Assembly: GCA_964016885.1 (NCBI GenBank)
Contig: OZ024742.1
Span: 45,322,001 to 45,386,000, forward strand
Reading direction: 5' to 3'
Length of the DNA stretch: 64,000 nucleotides
From: Eledone cirrhosa
Taxonomy: Eukaryota
The notes under the pieces were generated by a model. That model was given only the letters and a program-made list of their open reading frames with translations, was not told the origin of the DNA and searched no databases. Positions 37,455 through 49,874 of this stretch are shown here, piece by piece; position 1 is the first letter of the stretch, and each line of letters begins with the position of its first letter. The translations under genes were made by a program, and so were the position numbers.

Positions 37455-38401
37455 TATATATATATATATATATATATATTGACAAAAAGCACCTAGCCCA
37501 CAATGTAATGTGGTCATGTAGGTCTCGCAACAAAAAGCACCCAGCCCATACTGTAGAGTAGTCATGTAGGTATCACAACGAAAAGCACCCAGCCCATACT
37601 GTAAATGTGATTGGTGTCAGGAAGGGTATCCAGCCATAGAAACCAAGCCAGAAACTGTTCTGTATGAGCAAGATACAGTCACCTGACCTGACTTGCCTCA
37701 AATAGGATATCCTGTCTAACTCGTGCTAGTGTGGAAAATAGATGTTAAACAATGTTGAAGCAGCCTCAGCAGAGGTTAAATGGATCATCATGGTCAAAGA
37801 CATGAGGAGTCAAATAACTACATCGATATTTTACCCAGTTTCTATGTCTGAATGCAATCCCAACCACTTTACAGAGTGTACTGGGTGCATTTTATCATGG
37901 CAGCAGCACTACTACTTTACAGAGCATAGTGTGTGCATTTTGTCAAAGATGCTGCTAGTCCACTGCAAGGTTAAGAGGGTCCTCTCTCACCACAATTTAC
38001 TTTTAGCATCACAATGCTTGTGCATGTGGTGAGTCTTTTATATTATGGCAGTCAACTCAATCTCGAGACTTCCCCTATCATAAGGTTCAGGTTCTTGAGG
38101 TCATTTTACACTATTTCTTCCCTTGTCTTCCTTGTTCTCCCTCTTTCACAGTCTCCACCTACTTCAACATCTTACAAGGTTTTTTTATACAGCTGTCACT
38201 CTCTTTGTGTACACATGTCCATAGCAGTGTAATTGTCTCTCTTGTACACTATATCTGATTCCTCTTATACTCAGCTTTTCTCTTAGCACACTTTTGCTCT
38301 GCTCTTCATGCACACAATACATCCAAGGAGCAGTTTTGCTTCATTTCTCTCTGAAACAAATTATTTTTTTAACAGCAACCCTTTTCTTCAAAACATTTCA
38401 G

Positions 38402-38465
38402 TGTTATGCAGTGTTCTTATACCACTAGGAGTCCTATTTTGTGTCCTATGCATCATAGTTGTCAG
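38402..38465 (+). CDS. Host gene 1 exon: transmembrane helix
   Basis: cttcaaaacatttcag| ... AG|gtatgt, 64 nt, phase 1/2; VLCSVLIPLGVLFCVLCIIVVS. Confidence 0.72.
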
Positions 38466-38545
38466 GTATGTAACATATATCCATATTTTCCAACTGAGTA
38501 TGTTTACCATTATTTCATTATTTTTTCTGCATTTTCCCTACATAG

Positions 38546-40445
38546 TAAGGGCAGAGACAGAAAAGAAGAAATTTGCTCATGTTCTGTGTTGTGAAGAACA
38601 AGGGCATGAAGTGTTTCAGATTGTGAGACAGTGTGCTAAAGAAAACTGTGATGGGGTTGAGGAAAAGTGCATTAGAAATGATAGTGGAGCACTTGCTGTT
38701 TCATGCTGAAAAGAAGGAAGCATGGAAACTTACTATGAGAGACTGCTGAACAAAGAAAATAAATGGGACAGCAATGGCCTACCCCATGTAAATTCAACTG
38801 TGCAACCAGCTATAAAAGTTGACAGCATTGTGATAGATAAAGCAATTAAGGACATGAAGGTAAGGAAGGCAGCTGGACCATCTGGAAAAGTTGGTGGAAT
38901 GCTAAAAGCTTCTAGCATGGTAGGATACGAGCTAGTCAAAACACATAGTTAATCAAGTAGTAGAGGAATGGGTCATATCCAATTACTGGTGCAGCAATAG
39001 TATTGTAAATTGCTACAAAGGCACAGGAGGTGCATGAGAAAAGTAACTACAGAGGTATTAAGTTAATAGACCAGGTCATGAAAGTTGCTGAAAGAGTTAT
39101 AGAACAACTAATTAGGAACAGGATCAAGTTAGATGAGATGCGGTTTAGATTTATGCCAGGCAGGAGTACCATTGATGCCCTCTTTATATTGAGACAATTG
39201 CAGGAGAGATACTTAGCTAAGAATAACTTACTGTATCTAGCTTTTGTAGATATGGAGAAGGCTTTTGACAGGGTCCCATGCTCTGTAATCTGGTGAGCAC
39301 TTAGGAAGCTAGGTGTAGATGAATGGCTTGTGAGGGCCATGCAGGTCATGCATAAAGAAGTCACCAGCAGGGTAAGGGCTGGAAGCAAATACAATCATTT
39401 TGAAGTGCAGGTGGGTATCCATCAGGGCTCAGCCATCAGTTCACTCATGTTTATCATTATTTTTCCAGCCATCACTGAGGATTTTAAAATGGCATTCCAT
39501 GGAAGGTCTTATAAGCTGATGACCTAGTTCTTATAGCTAAATCCATAGAAGAGTTAGAGACAAAATTTCAAACATGGAAGAAGAACCTAGATTTGAAATG
39601 CCCAAAACTAAACTTAGCAAAGACAGAAGGGTTAATAACTAGGAAAGAGGATAGGAGGGTGAAACCATTGGGGAAGTGACCTTGTTCGATGTGTCAGAAA
39701 GGGTTGGGCAGAAATTCTATAGGGTGCACAAAGTGCAATCTATGGATGCACAAGAGATGTAGGATTACAAGCAGATTAACAGAAAAGATAGACTTTGTAT
39801 GTGGCAAACACACAGGAGAAGTAAGCGCTAAGAACTCATGTGAAGTAGATTCCTTCAGCTGCCAGGAAGGCTCCATATAAGTTATCAACTGCTTTTGTTA
39901 CTTAGGTGATCAAATTAGCAAGGAGGGTGCACTGAAAGTATGATAGCCAGGATCAGAACAGACTGAAAGAAGTTTAGAGAGCTGATACCCCTGCTGACAA
40001 CAAGGGGCTTCTCTCTCAAAGTGAAGGGTAGACTGCATGACACCAGTATACAAACTGCAATATTACATGGCAGTAAAACATGGGCTTTAACCCCAGGAGA
40101 TCTGCGAAGGCTGAAAAGAAATGAAGCAAATATGCTCGGATGGATGTGTAATGTGAGTGTGCATGAATGACGTAGCATAAGTGAACTGAGAGGAAAGCTT
40201 GAAGAAGAATTGGATGTAACAATGTGTAAGAGAGAAGTCTGTGCTGGTATGGACATGTGATGCATATGGAGGATAGCAGCTACATAAAGAAATGCAGATC
40301 AATCCCAGTGGCTGGAACCAAAGGAAAAGACAGACCCAGGAAGACTTGGGATGAGGTAGTGAAGAGCGACCTTGAGAAACTATCCCTCACAACTGAAATG
40401 ACAATGGATCAAGAGGGTTGATGTAATGCTGTGATGATGAAGACC
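38546..40445 (+). mobile_element. Decayed RTE LINE
   Basis: NYRGIKLIDQVMK, FVDMEKAFDRV, PHD-like remnant; many stops. Confidence 0.88.
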
Positions 40446-41338
40446 TGGCCAGAAGCATACAATATGACCTGACCCATCCATGAGCCCTTCCCCCTTTCCT
40501 CCCACAACAGCACCAACCACCCATTCCCCTTTGAGGACCACTCCTTTACTACTTAGATATCCTCACCATTGCACCCTAGTTACTCTCTCTACTCCTTGTT
40601 CACCCGTCACTACCACTCCTAAGCAAGGTCAGGCTATAAAGTTGAATTTACCAATACTAAGAAAGATCAGGCTATAAAGTTGAATTTCCCTCAAGCAATT
40701 GATCATATTTACAATACAAAATTTATAAAATAGATTGTAAAATGTCCTTATTTTCAACATCATCATCATCATTTAACATTTGCTTTCCTTGCTAGCAAGG
40801 ATTGGATGGGTCATCAACAGACTGAATCAATACTCAAGCAAAACTACTGACTTCTCAGAAGGGGCCTGCATCTCATTTACATACCATATCATGCTCTACT
40901 GAGTGTATTTTATTATAGCACCAACACTAGGAAAGTTGTCATATTTTTGACACACCTGAAGAGTCTTCCCAACTCTTTGTTTGGCAGGTTTTCTACAGCT
41001 GGTTGCCCTTCCTATCAACTACTACCTTACAAAATGCACTGGTGTGTTTTAACATGTAAATCCCCTGTCTCAAAATTTTAGCTGTTAATTATACAAATAA
41101 AATGGCAGTGAAATCTCCCTCATAAAAGAAGAGGAATATTGTAATCTTTGATACAAAAACATGATGGTCATGAATGGAGCATCTTTAATCATGGGTTTGC
41201 TATCTTGGGTTAAATAGCAACAATACCAATGAGATACATATTTTTAATGCATGAAAAATTTTTTACACCTGTAACAATTTTCAGTTTTTTCTATAAAATA
41301 AATTCTACTCAATTTACATTAACCTTTCTTTAATTCAG

Positions 41339-41681
41339 CTACAGAAAATTCAAAACACCTTTGAAATCTGAGCATTGTAGACAAGAGAATATGGAATTAC
41401 AAATAAATGGTACCTTTAAAGAAGAAGCAGGAATTAGATTACCCCAAAATAATGCACATTCAGATGAGAATTATATGGTTCAAAATGAAATATATGAAGA
41501 TGGAGGTGCTACAGTTGAATGTGGTATATATTCAAATGAATTATATACAGTTGAAGATACTACAGTTGAATGTGGTACATATTCAAATGAATTATATGCA
41601 GTTGATGAATATTCAGACGAAAAAGATGCATGTACAGTTGAAAATGTTCTATACTCAGGTGAAAATGTTTATGAATTGTAA
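41339..41681 (+). CDS. Host gene 1 terminal exon: cytoplasmic tail with NxxY repeats
   Basis: cctttctttaattcag|, phase 2; YRKFKTP...NEIY..NELY..NELY..NVLY..NVYEL*, TAA at 41679-81; 51-nt internal duplication. Confidence 0.78.
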
Positions 41682-41833
41682 ATGATATATACTGAGTTAA
41701 AAATATGTTGGATCAATTGTAAATGATATATACTGAGTTAAAAATATGTTGGATCAATTGTAAATGATATATACTGAGTTAAAAATATGTTGGATCAATT
41801 GTAAATGATATATACTGAGTTAAAAATATGTTG
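41674..41833. repeat. 41-bp tandem repeat, about 4 copies, overlapping the stop codon
   Basis: aattgtaaatgatatatactgagttaaaaatatgttggatc at 41674, 41715, 41756, 41797. Confidence 0.95.
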
Positions 41834-42076
41834 ACTCATCATCATCATACCTTCCACGCTAACATGGGTTAGACGGGTTTGTCCTATTTAGAGACAAGTT
41901 GGGTCGAGTGACCATGTCTTGCTCCTGGAGGACTGTTTCTGGCTGGTGTTCTACGGCTGGATGTCCTTCCTAGTGCCAACCACATTTACACTGTGTGCTT
42001 TTTGCCGTGTCATTTACTCGACCTCTTTACAGTATGGGCTGGATGTTTTGTGGCACCAACATAATATATATATATG

Positions 42077-42385
42077 GAGGCACATGGCTTAGGTTGTGAG
42101 TTCAATTCTCAGACCGAGTGATGTGTTGTTTCCTTGAGCAAGACACTATATATCATATTGCTCCAGTTTACTCAGCTGTAGAAATGAGATGATAGGGACT
42201 GGGGTCCCTATCATTCCACTGCAAAGTGGACGTGGAGGCGCCACGGCAAAAAAGCACCCAGCACTCACTGGAAATGAAATTGGTGTTATGAAGGGCATCT
42301 AGCTGTAGAAATCAAGCCAGAATCAGTTCCCATCTCACCCTTGCAAGCAGGAAAAGCGGACGTAAAATGATGATGATGATGATGT
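42077..42385 (+). mobile_element. SINE family 1 with a deletion in the tRNA head
   Basis: Same body and tail as 24537-24868. Confidence 0.88.
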
Positions 42386-42394
42386 ATATATATA

Positions 42395-42915
42395 TGTACA
42401 GCCACCGGAAATAACAGCTGTGAAATATACAGCGCCATCTACCTGTTAGCTAGCTACTCAACGTGAAACAAAAGAACCCTTAGAACCTACTAGAATTAGA
42501 ACCTACCAGAATAAACGCCTACACATCGACTAAACAACAAAGGATTGTTCCTGTATAAATAGAGTGGTTCCTAACACTTTCGCCAGTCGACTTTTGGCAG
42601 AGTCAGCTAGCGCATCGTTGTTCCTTTACTCTGTCACGCTTTGTCACTCACACACGCATTGCCTTGTATCTCGTATCGTTGCTTCATGTGAAAATAAATA
42701 GCTGATCGAATTTACATCTTGCCTTGCTTCGTCCTTTCAACTTGTGCTTTCGTCTGTCCATCCTCAACAGTTCTTTTAAGGGCTATATGCGACAACAGTC
42801 CTTTTAAGGGCTATCTTCATATCTGATCAGACCGTATGCGATAACAGTCCTTCTAAGGACTATTCTCGGATCTGGTCAGAAGTAGTGACTAGACTGACCA
42901 ACCAGCGTCGCTACA
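42395..42915 (+). repeat. 5' LTR
   Basis: TATAAATA at 42554, AATAAA at 42693; about 7 substitutions and one 16-bp indel versus the 3' LTR (counted by eye). Confidence 0.95.
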
Positions 42916-42963
42916 ATTGGTGACCCGAACGCGCAACCAGACAGCATCTAAGAAAATATCAAC

Positions 42964-45900
42964 ATGGACATGTCACAAACGACAGAAGCCGAGATTTCAG
43001 AGCTGCGGTCTATGATCAGAGAGCGGGCTGGTCAAATTAAAGACCTCTCGAATCAAGTAGAGAACTTGACCTTTCAAACACACCGGCGACGCAGCAACAA
43101 TCGAGCCAGGCTTTTTCACAGTCAAAAATCCAGTAATCCCAGTCAAAATCGTGTGCCTGGCAACATCTGCTGGTATCACACAAATTTCGGCGCACAGGCA
43201 TCTAAGTGCAAAGCCCCGTGCTCTTTCCGGAATGCCACCCAGGGCCTAGCGACGACGTTCACCCCTGGTACTGAAAAGAAAAGTCGTCTATTTTTTATTA
43301 ACGACCAGGCGACAGGCATCCGATACCTCGTGGATACAGGAGCCCAGGTCAGTGTTATTCCGGTTTCACTGATCTCGGGCAAAAGACACCCAACCCCGTC
43401 CTTTCTGCAGGCAGTGAACCAATTGTCAATTCCGACTTTCGGGGAGAAGTCTCTGACCCTCAATTTAGGCCTGAGGCGGCGTTTTCAATGGGTGTTCGTC
43501 GTGGCAGACCTGCCGACCCCGATCCTAGGAGCCGATTTTCTCCACCACTTCAACCTTCTGGTGGATATGAAGAACCGGAGGCTTATCGACACCACCACAA
43601 ACCTCACTGTGAGAGGTATATTTACGACGCAATCCACAGTGAGCCCTGTAATTTGCCAGTCAGAGCCTTCGCGGTACAACGGCATTCTCCAGAAATACCC
43701 AGACATCACTCGCCCAGTATTTAAGGATGGTCCCATTAAGCATAGTGTCACGCACCACATCGAGACAAAGGGACCACCCACAGCTGCCCGACCAAGGAGA
43801 CTGCCTCCAGACCGATTGAGAATCGCCAAGCAGGAGTTCCAACACATGCTAGACCTCGGAATCATTCGCCCTTCCTCCAGCAACTGGTCTGCACCCCTAC
43901 ACCTTGTTCCAAAAAAAAAACCGAGAATGATTGGCGACCATGTGGGGATTATCGTGCACTTAACAATTCTACAGTGCCCGATAATTACCCTGTACCTCAC
44001 CTGCACGATTTTTCTGCCTCTCTGCAAGGCGCACGTATCTTTTCCAAGGTAGATCTGGTGCGTGCATATAACCAGATACCTATGGAGCCTGCAGACATTC
44101 CGAAGACCGCAATCACAACACCGTTCGGTTTATTCGAATTCCTGCGAATGCCGTTCGGTCTGCGCAACGCTGCACAAACTTTTCAGCGGTTCATTGACAC
44201 CGTGTTACGCGATCTACTCTTCGTACACGCGTATATTGACGACGTACTGGTAGCAAGTGCTTCCGAGAATGAACACGAGAAGCACTTAGATCTCCTTTTC
44301 CGACGTTTGGCTGAGTACGGTATCATCATCAACCCCAGCAAGTGCCTTCTCGGCGTTCCTTCACTGTCCTTTCTCGGGCACATCATCGATAAAGACGGCA
44401 TTCGGCCACTTCCCGAGAAAGTAGAAGCTATCCGCAGTTTTCCCGCACCTACATCACTTCGGAAACTGCGTGAATTCCTCGGTCTGGTGAATTTTTATAG
44501 GCGGTTCATCTCTCATTGTTCCGACGCAGCCAGACTCCTCACGGACCTTCTTCGTAACCGGACTCGCAAAAACGAAGAGATCACTCTAAACGAGGAAGAA
44601 TTAACATCTTTTAACCGCCTGAAGGAAATGTTGGCAAACGCTTCCATGCTCGTTTTCCCCAGGTCTGGCGCTCCTCTTTCGCTGCTAGTGGACGCATCAG
44701 ACACGGGGGTTGGAGGCGTTCTACAACAATATGTCGACGGCGTGTGGCAACCCTTATCCTTCTTTTCTAAGCGGTTGCAACCGGCAGAAACGAAATACAG
44801 TACCTTTGGCCGAAATACAGAACTCTTGGCAACCTATCTTTCGGTTAAGCATTTTCGGCACATGCTCGAAGAATCAGATTTCGTGATCTACACGGACCAT
44901 AAACCACTAGTTTATGCGTTCCGTACCAAACCTGATCGACATTCACCGAGAGAACTCCGACACCTGGATTTTGTCTCCCAATATTCAACTGATATTCGGC
45001 ATATCAAGGGATCAGACAACGTAGCAGCCAACGCCCTGTCCCGAATCCAGCTGAACGCAATACATGCGCATTCAGGCATCGACCTTCAACAAATCACAGC
45101 TGACCAAGAGACTGACGAAGAGTTTATGAAACTCCGAGATTCGCCATCTCTCAAGTTTCAGCAAGTTCCCATTCCTTCTTCTCCGGGACAAATTTGGTGC
45201 GACCTTTCTACCAGTCATGAACGACCGTACGTACCACAGATGCATCGTCGACAATTTTTTTTCTGCTTTACACTGCTTGTCTCACCCGGGAATCCGGGCT
45301 ACACAGAAACTCATCTCTGCTCGTTTTGTGTGGACTAACATTAACAAGGACGTGCGCAACTGGTCCAGGAGCTGCATTGCCTGCCAGAAAGCCAAAGTCC
45401 ACAGACACATCAAAACTCCGCTCGGCACATTCGCGCAACCTGATGCACGTTTTCATCATGTGCATATCGACATCGTCGGACCTCTACCACCATCACAGAA
45501 CTACACACACTTGCTCACCTGCATCGATCGATTTTCTCGTTGGCCTGAGGCTTTTCCCATAAATGATACCTCAGCAGAAACAGTCGCTAAAACTTTGGTT
45601 TTACACTGGGTATCACGTTATAGCACCCCAGCGAAGATAACAACGGACAGAGGATGCCAATTTGACTCACCTCTGAAGAGAACTGACTCGCCTGTTAGGA
45701 TGTAAACACATCCGCACAACAGCTTATCACCCGCAAGCTAATGGTCTCGTGGAAAGATTCCATCGCCAATTGAAAGCTGCAATAAAAGCATATCCAGACA
45801 AGACACTGGTTTGAATACCTCCCACTAATCCTTCTGGGCATTCGATCCACCGTTAAGGAGGAATTCGGACACACACCTGCAGAATTAGTGTACGGCACCA

Positions 45901-46361
45901 CCCTGGTTCTACCTGGTCAGATAGTTGCTCCCATCTCTCCTCGGGATGTTCCAGACCCAGGATCATACGTACACCGTCTTCGACAATATATGTCTCACCT
46001 TGCTCCTGCAAGCACCCGTCAACAGAACACGGCCACACACGTACCTTCAGACATTGATGATTGGACACACGTTTTCGTTCGAAACGACACCATCTCAGCT
46101 CATCTTCGACCTCCATATTCTGGCCCTTATCGTGTTCTAAAAAAATATCCGAAATATTTTATTCTCGATCTAGATGGTAAACAGAATTCTGTCAGCGTGG
46201 ACAGATTAAAAAAAGCCATCATGGATACTGTTACAGTCTCTACACCAGAAACTCCAACAGATTGCTGTCCCAGCGAGCCACCTGTTTCATCTCCAGTCAC
46301 GAGAAGCAGACGACGCGTCCATTGGCCCGCAAAGTTGGCACAATATGTGAATTACCGTTAA
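42964..46361 (+). pseudogene. Gypsy gag(C-terminus)-pol, frameshifted
   Basis: CWYH..FG..KC..PC; protease VDTGA; RT YIDD; RNase H VDASD and TDHKPL; integrase H..HPG..CIAC, HIDIVG, TDRG, NGLVERFHR; frame breaks near 43915, 45258, 45680 and 45800. Confidence 0.93.
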
Positions 46362-47097
46362 CCTCAAGTGAGTTTCTTAATCATTCTTCGTGCAAAACAT
46401 TTCCATTTTTCTTGTGTTTACTATTTCCAGTTTCAAATACAATGAACTTTCTGCTTGAACAATTGCAATTTTTAGTGACCATGTGCTCATGTCACAAAGA
46501 ACATTATTTATTATGAACATTATTTATTACAAACACTATTTAAGAACAAACATTGTGTATATCATTGTGTATAACATTTTTTTTTCTTCTCTCTCTCTTG
46601 TTTTGCAAAATTTGTATTTTTCTTGTATGTATATAAAAATTATGGCAATTACACAATCAATGTTACAGAACAAGGCGTGTACATATTCTGTTTTTCATGC
46701 ACACTACAAAACCACATTTGTTTCACCTTTTGGTTCATACACTGAGCAATAGATATTTGTGTCCCTCTAACTCTTACACTACAAAATGTTTTCTCTTTGA
46801 TCACGCATTTCACAAATCACAACCTCAAAACACTGGCCTGTTTTCACGTACACTCAATAGCTCGAGAATGCCTCGCTATTTTTTTACCACATGCATTCGC
46901 TCAAGTCGTATGCTGTGGAGCAAGCTGTTACCTTTAGGCAGCATGCTTACGGCCATTCAGTTCACACATTACGGTTATCTTCACTGCCCGTTTAGACTTT
47001 TTGTCACGCAATTCACAGGCAGCTCAACCGAAATTGCAACAGGCTCATTCATCATGCCTGCATAAATCTGGTCAAAGTCATTTTATAGTTTATTTGC

Positions 47098-48150
47098 CCC
47101 AAATGCAAACAATGGGTACACAAGAGATGTAGCGGGATCTCAGGAAGCTTAATTAAGAATGTAGGATTCACATGCAGCAGCTGTGCTGAAACAGCAAGCA
47201 AACAGCCACAGGAAACAAGTACCACCAATCTCTGGGAGGGCCCTGTAGAAACAGTAGACAGCTTCTGCTACCTAGGTGACCGAATTAGCAACGGAGGTGG
47301 GTGCTCAGAAAGTACAATAACTAGGGTAAGAACGGGATGGAAGAAGTTTAGGGAACTACTACCACTGCTAGCTGCAAAAGGCTTCTCCCTCAGAATGAAA
47401 GGCAGACTGTATGATGCGTGTATCCGAACAGCGATGTTGCATGGTAGTGAGACCTGGGCGCTGAAGGTGGAAGACTTACGTAGATTAGAGAGAAACGAAG
47501 CCTGCATGCTCCAATGGATGTGTAACAGTAATATACGTGAACGACAAAGCATAAAGGAATTGAGAGAGAGACTGAGCATAAGAGGAATCAAATGCTGCGT
47601 GCAGGAGAGGCGGTTACGCTGGTATGGACATGTGATGCGTATGAAGGATGACAGCTGCATAAAAAGGTGCAGAGCACTAGAAGTTGATGGAAACCGCGGA
47701 GTGGGGAGACCCAAGATGACTTGGGATGAGGTGATAAAAGCCGACCTTACCCAACTACACCTCTCAAAGTCAATGACACACGACCGTGACTTCTGGCGTC
47801 ACGCAGTAATACAGGGTACCCGACCTCCCATGGGTACATGCTGAAGCATATAAACAATATGCCCCCCCCCCCCCCCCCCGCAAGATGGCCGTGGAGGTGC
47901 CACGGCAAAAAAGCACCCAGCCCACACTGTAAAGTGGACGTGTAGGCGCCACGAAAAAGCACCCAGCACTCACTGTAAATGAGGTTGGTGTTAGGAAGGG
48001 CATCCAGCTGTAGAAATCAAGCCAGATCAGTTCCTGTATGAGCAAGGCATGGTCAGCCGACCAGACACTGCCCACAACAGGACAACCCGTCTAACCCATG
48101 CTAGCGTGGAAGAACGGACGTAAAACGGTGATGATGATGATGATGATGAT
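47098..48150 (+). mobile_element. RTE (family C) 3' fragment nested in the Gypsy element
   Basis: CPKCKQWVHKRC, RLRWYGHVMRM, 3' UTR modules, (gat)n tail. Confidence 0.9.
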
Positions 48151-48341
48151 TTCTTTTTTCTCTTCCTGACACACACATCTTGCCATATCATCTCTACATC
48201 GACTGTCCTGTACTCGATGATCACAAAATTTCACAACGTGCTGGACAATCCTGGGGCTATTGTCATGACAAATGCACCACTGGCCCATTCCTATACGATA
48301 TTTCGCTCTTTTGTTGTACAAAAGAACTGGCAGGGGGCTAA

Positions 48342-48846
48342 TGTACAGCCACCGGAAATAACAGCTGTGAAATATACAGCGCCATCTACCTGTTAGCTAG
48401 CTACTCAACGTGAAAAAAAAGAACCCTTAGAACCTACCAGAATAAACGCCTACACATCAACTAAACAACAAAGGATTGTTCCTGTATAAATAGAGTGGTT
48501 CCTAACACTTTCGCCAGTCGACGTTTGGCAGAGTCAGCTAGCGCATCGTTGTTCCTTTACTCTGTCACGCTTTGTCACTCACACACGCATTGCCTTGTAT
48601 CTCGTATCGTCGATTCATGTGAAAATAAATAGCTGATCGAATTTACATCTCGCCTTGCTTCGTCCTTTCAACTTGTGCTTTCGTCTGTCCATCTTCAACA
48701 GTTCTTTTAAGGGCTATATGCGACAACAGTCCTTTTAAGGGCTATCTTCATATCTGATCAGACCGTATGCGATAACAGTCCTTCTAAGGACTATTCTCGG
48801 ATCTGGTCAGAAGTAGTGACTAGACTGACCAACCAGCGTCGCTACA
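48342..48846 (+). repeat. 3' LTR
   Basis: Direct repeat of 42395-42915. Confidence 0.95.
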
Positions 48847-48892
48847 TATATATTTGTGTGTATATACATATCGTATATATACATATCTATCA

Positions 48893-49300
48893 TATATCAT
48901 CACCATCATTTTACGTCCACTTTTCCTTGCTTGCAGGAGTGGGATGGGTCCTCTTCAGCACAGCATATCTCCATTCATCATGGTCTCTCATCATCTCCTC
49001 TGTGAACTTCAGCGATCTGAGTTCAGCTTTCACCACCTCTGCCCCACCGGGATTTCTTGGCACTTCTTCACAAAGCCATACTAATGCAGTCTTCTCTCCC
49101 ACACAATACAGTTTATCCCTCTTATACACAGTTTCACTCTCAAATCATCCATGCTTGGTCGTTCATTCATGCACATCCATGGGAGAATGCTTGCTTCATT
49201 TCTCTCCAGCCTTTGCATATCCTCCGCAGTTGCTGCCCATGTTTCACTACCAAGCAGCATCACACATAGGCATCATACATCCAACCTTTCGTTCGTAGGA
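48893..49300 (-). mobile_element. RTE family B 3' fragment with deletions
   Basis: GSETWAATAEDMQRLERNE and the RTE-B tail. Confidence 0.85.
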
Positions 49301-49828
49301 AGAAAACATTCATTGTCAAAGAATCAAACCTTGCAGCTCATGGATGCTTGGCATGTGCAATAACCTGTTTTGCTCAGTTATTATTTATAGTGATTGACTG
49401 TTATTATGGTCATTTGCATTAGAATACACACATTGTGGAATCAATTCTGTTATATGCAAGGAAGCAATGTCCTTTGAACTAAACCATAAACTAAACAAAT
49501 AGTTGCATCATTGAATCCATAGTGATAGAAACATCTGGTGTCATCTGGGTCCCTGAACTACCTCTTTACTCCAGGAAGATGACCATGTGAGTGCTGGAAT
49601 CATCTGGTGTCACCTGGGTCCCTTAACTACCTCTCTACTTATTTCATCTGCTAGAAGATGAACTGGCTCTTTCAGCACACCTCCCTTGCTATCATCCAGG
49701 GTAACTCTTTCACAATTCTGTTTGTTGAGACCATGAGGTAACATTTGCCAGAGGTTTTGCACTTCAGGGTGATAGTACAGACAAGAAATAGAACAAACTT
49801 TCATTGGCTGATTTATGTTACTGTTAAT

Positions 49829-49871
<43 letters not shown>

Positions 49872-49874
49872 TCA

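Larger units (their letters stand above)
42395..48846 (+). mobile_element. Ty3/Gypsy LTR retrotransposon with both LTRs
   Basis: LTRs TG..CA at 42395-42915 and 48342-48846; tata flanks; PBS TGGTGACCCG at 42918 (tRNA-Trp-like); purine-rich tract before the 3' LTR; domain order PR-RT-RH-IN. Confidence 0.96.

Noticed and set aside
38376-38401. Alternative acceptor aacag at 38375 for the TM exon
   Set aside because: It needs phase 2 while the preceding exon ends in phase 1; 38402 fits
46362-47097. Possible env-like extra ORF in the Gypsy 3' region
   Set aside because: Only short ORFs with no signal peptide, TM or recognisable motif
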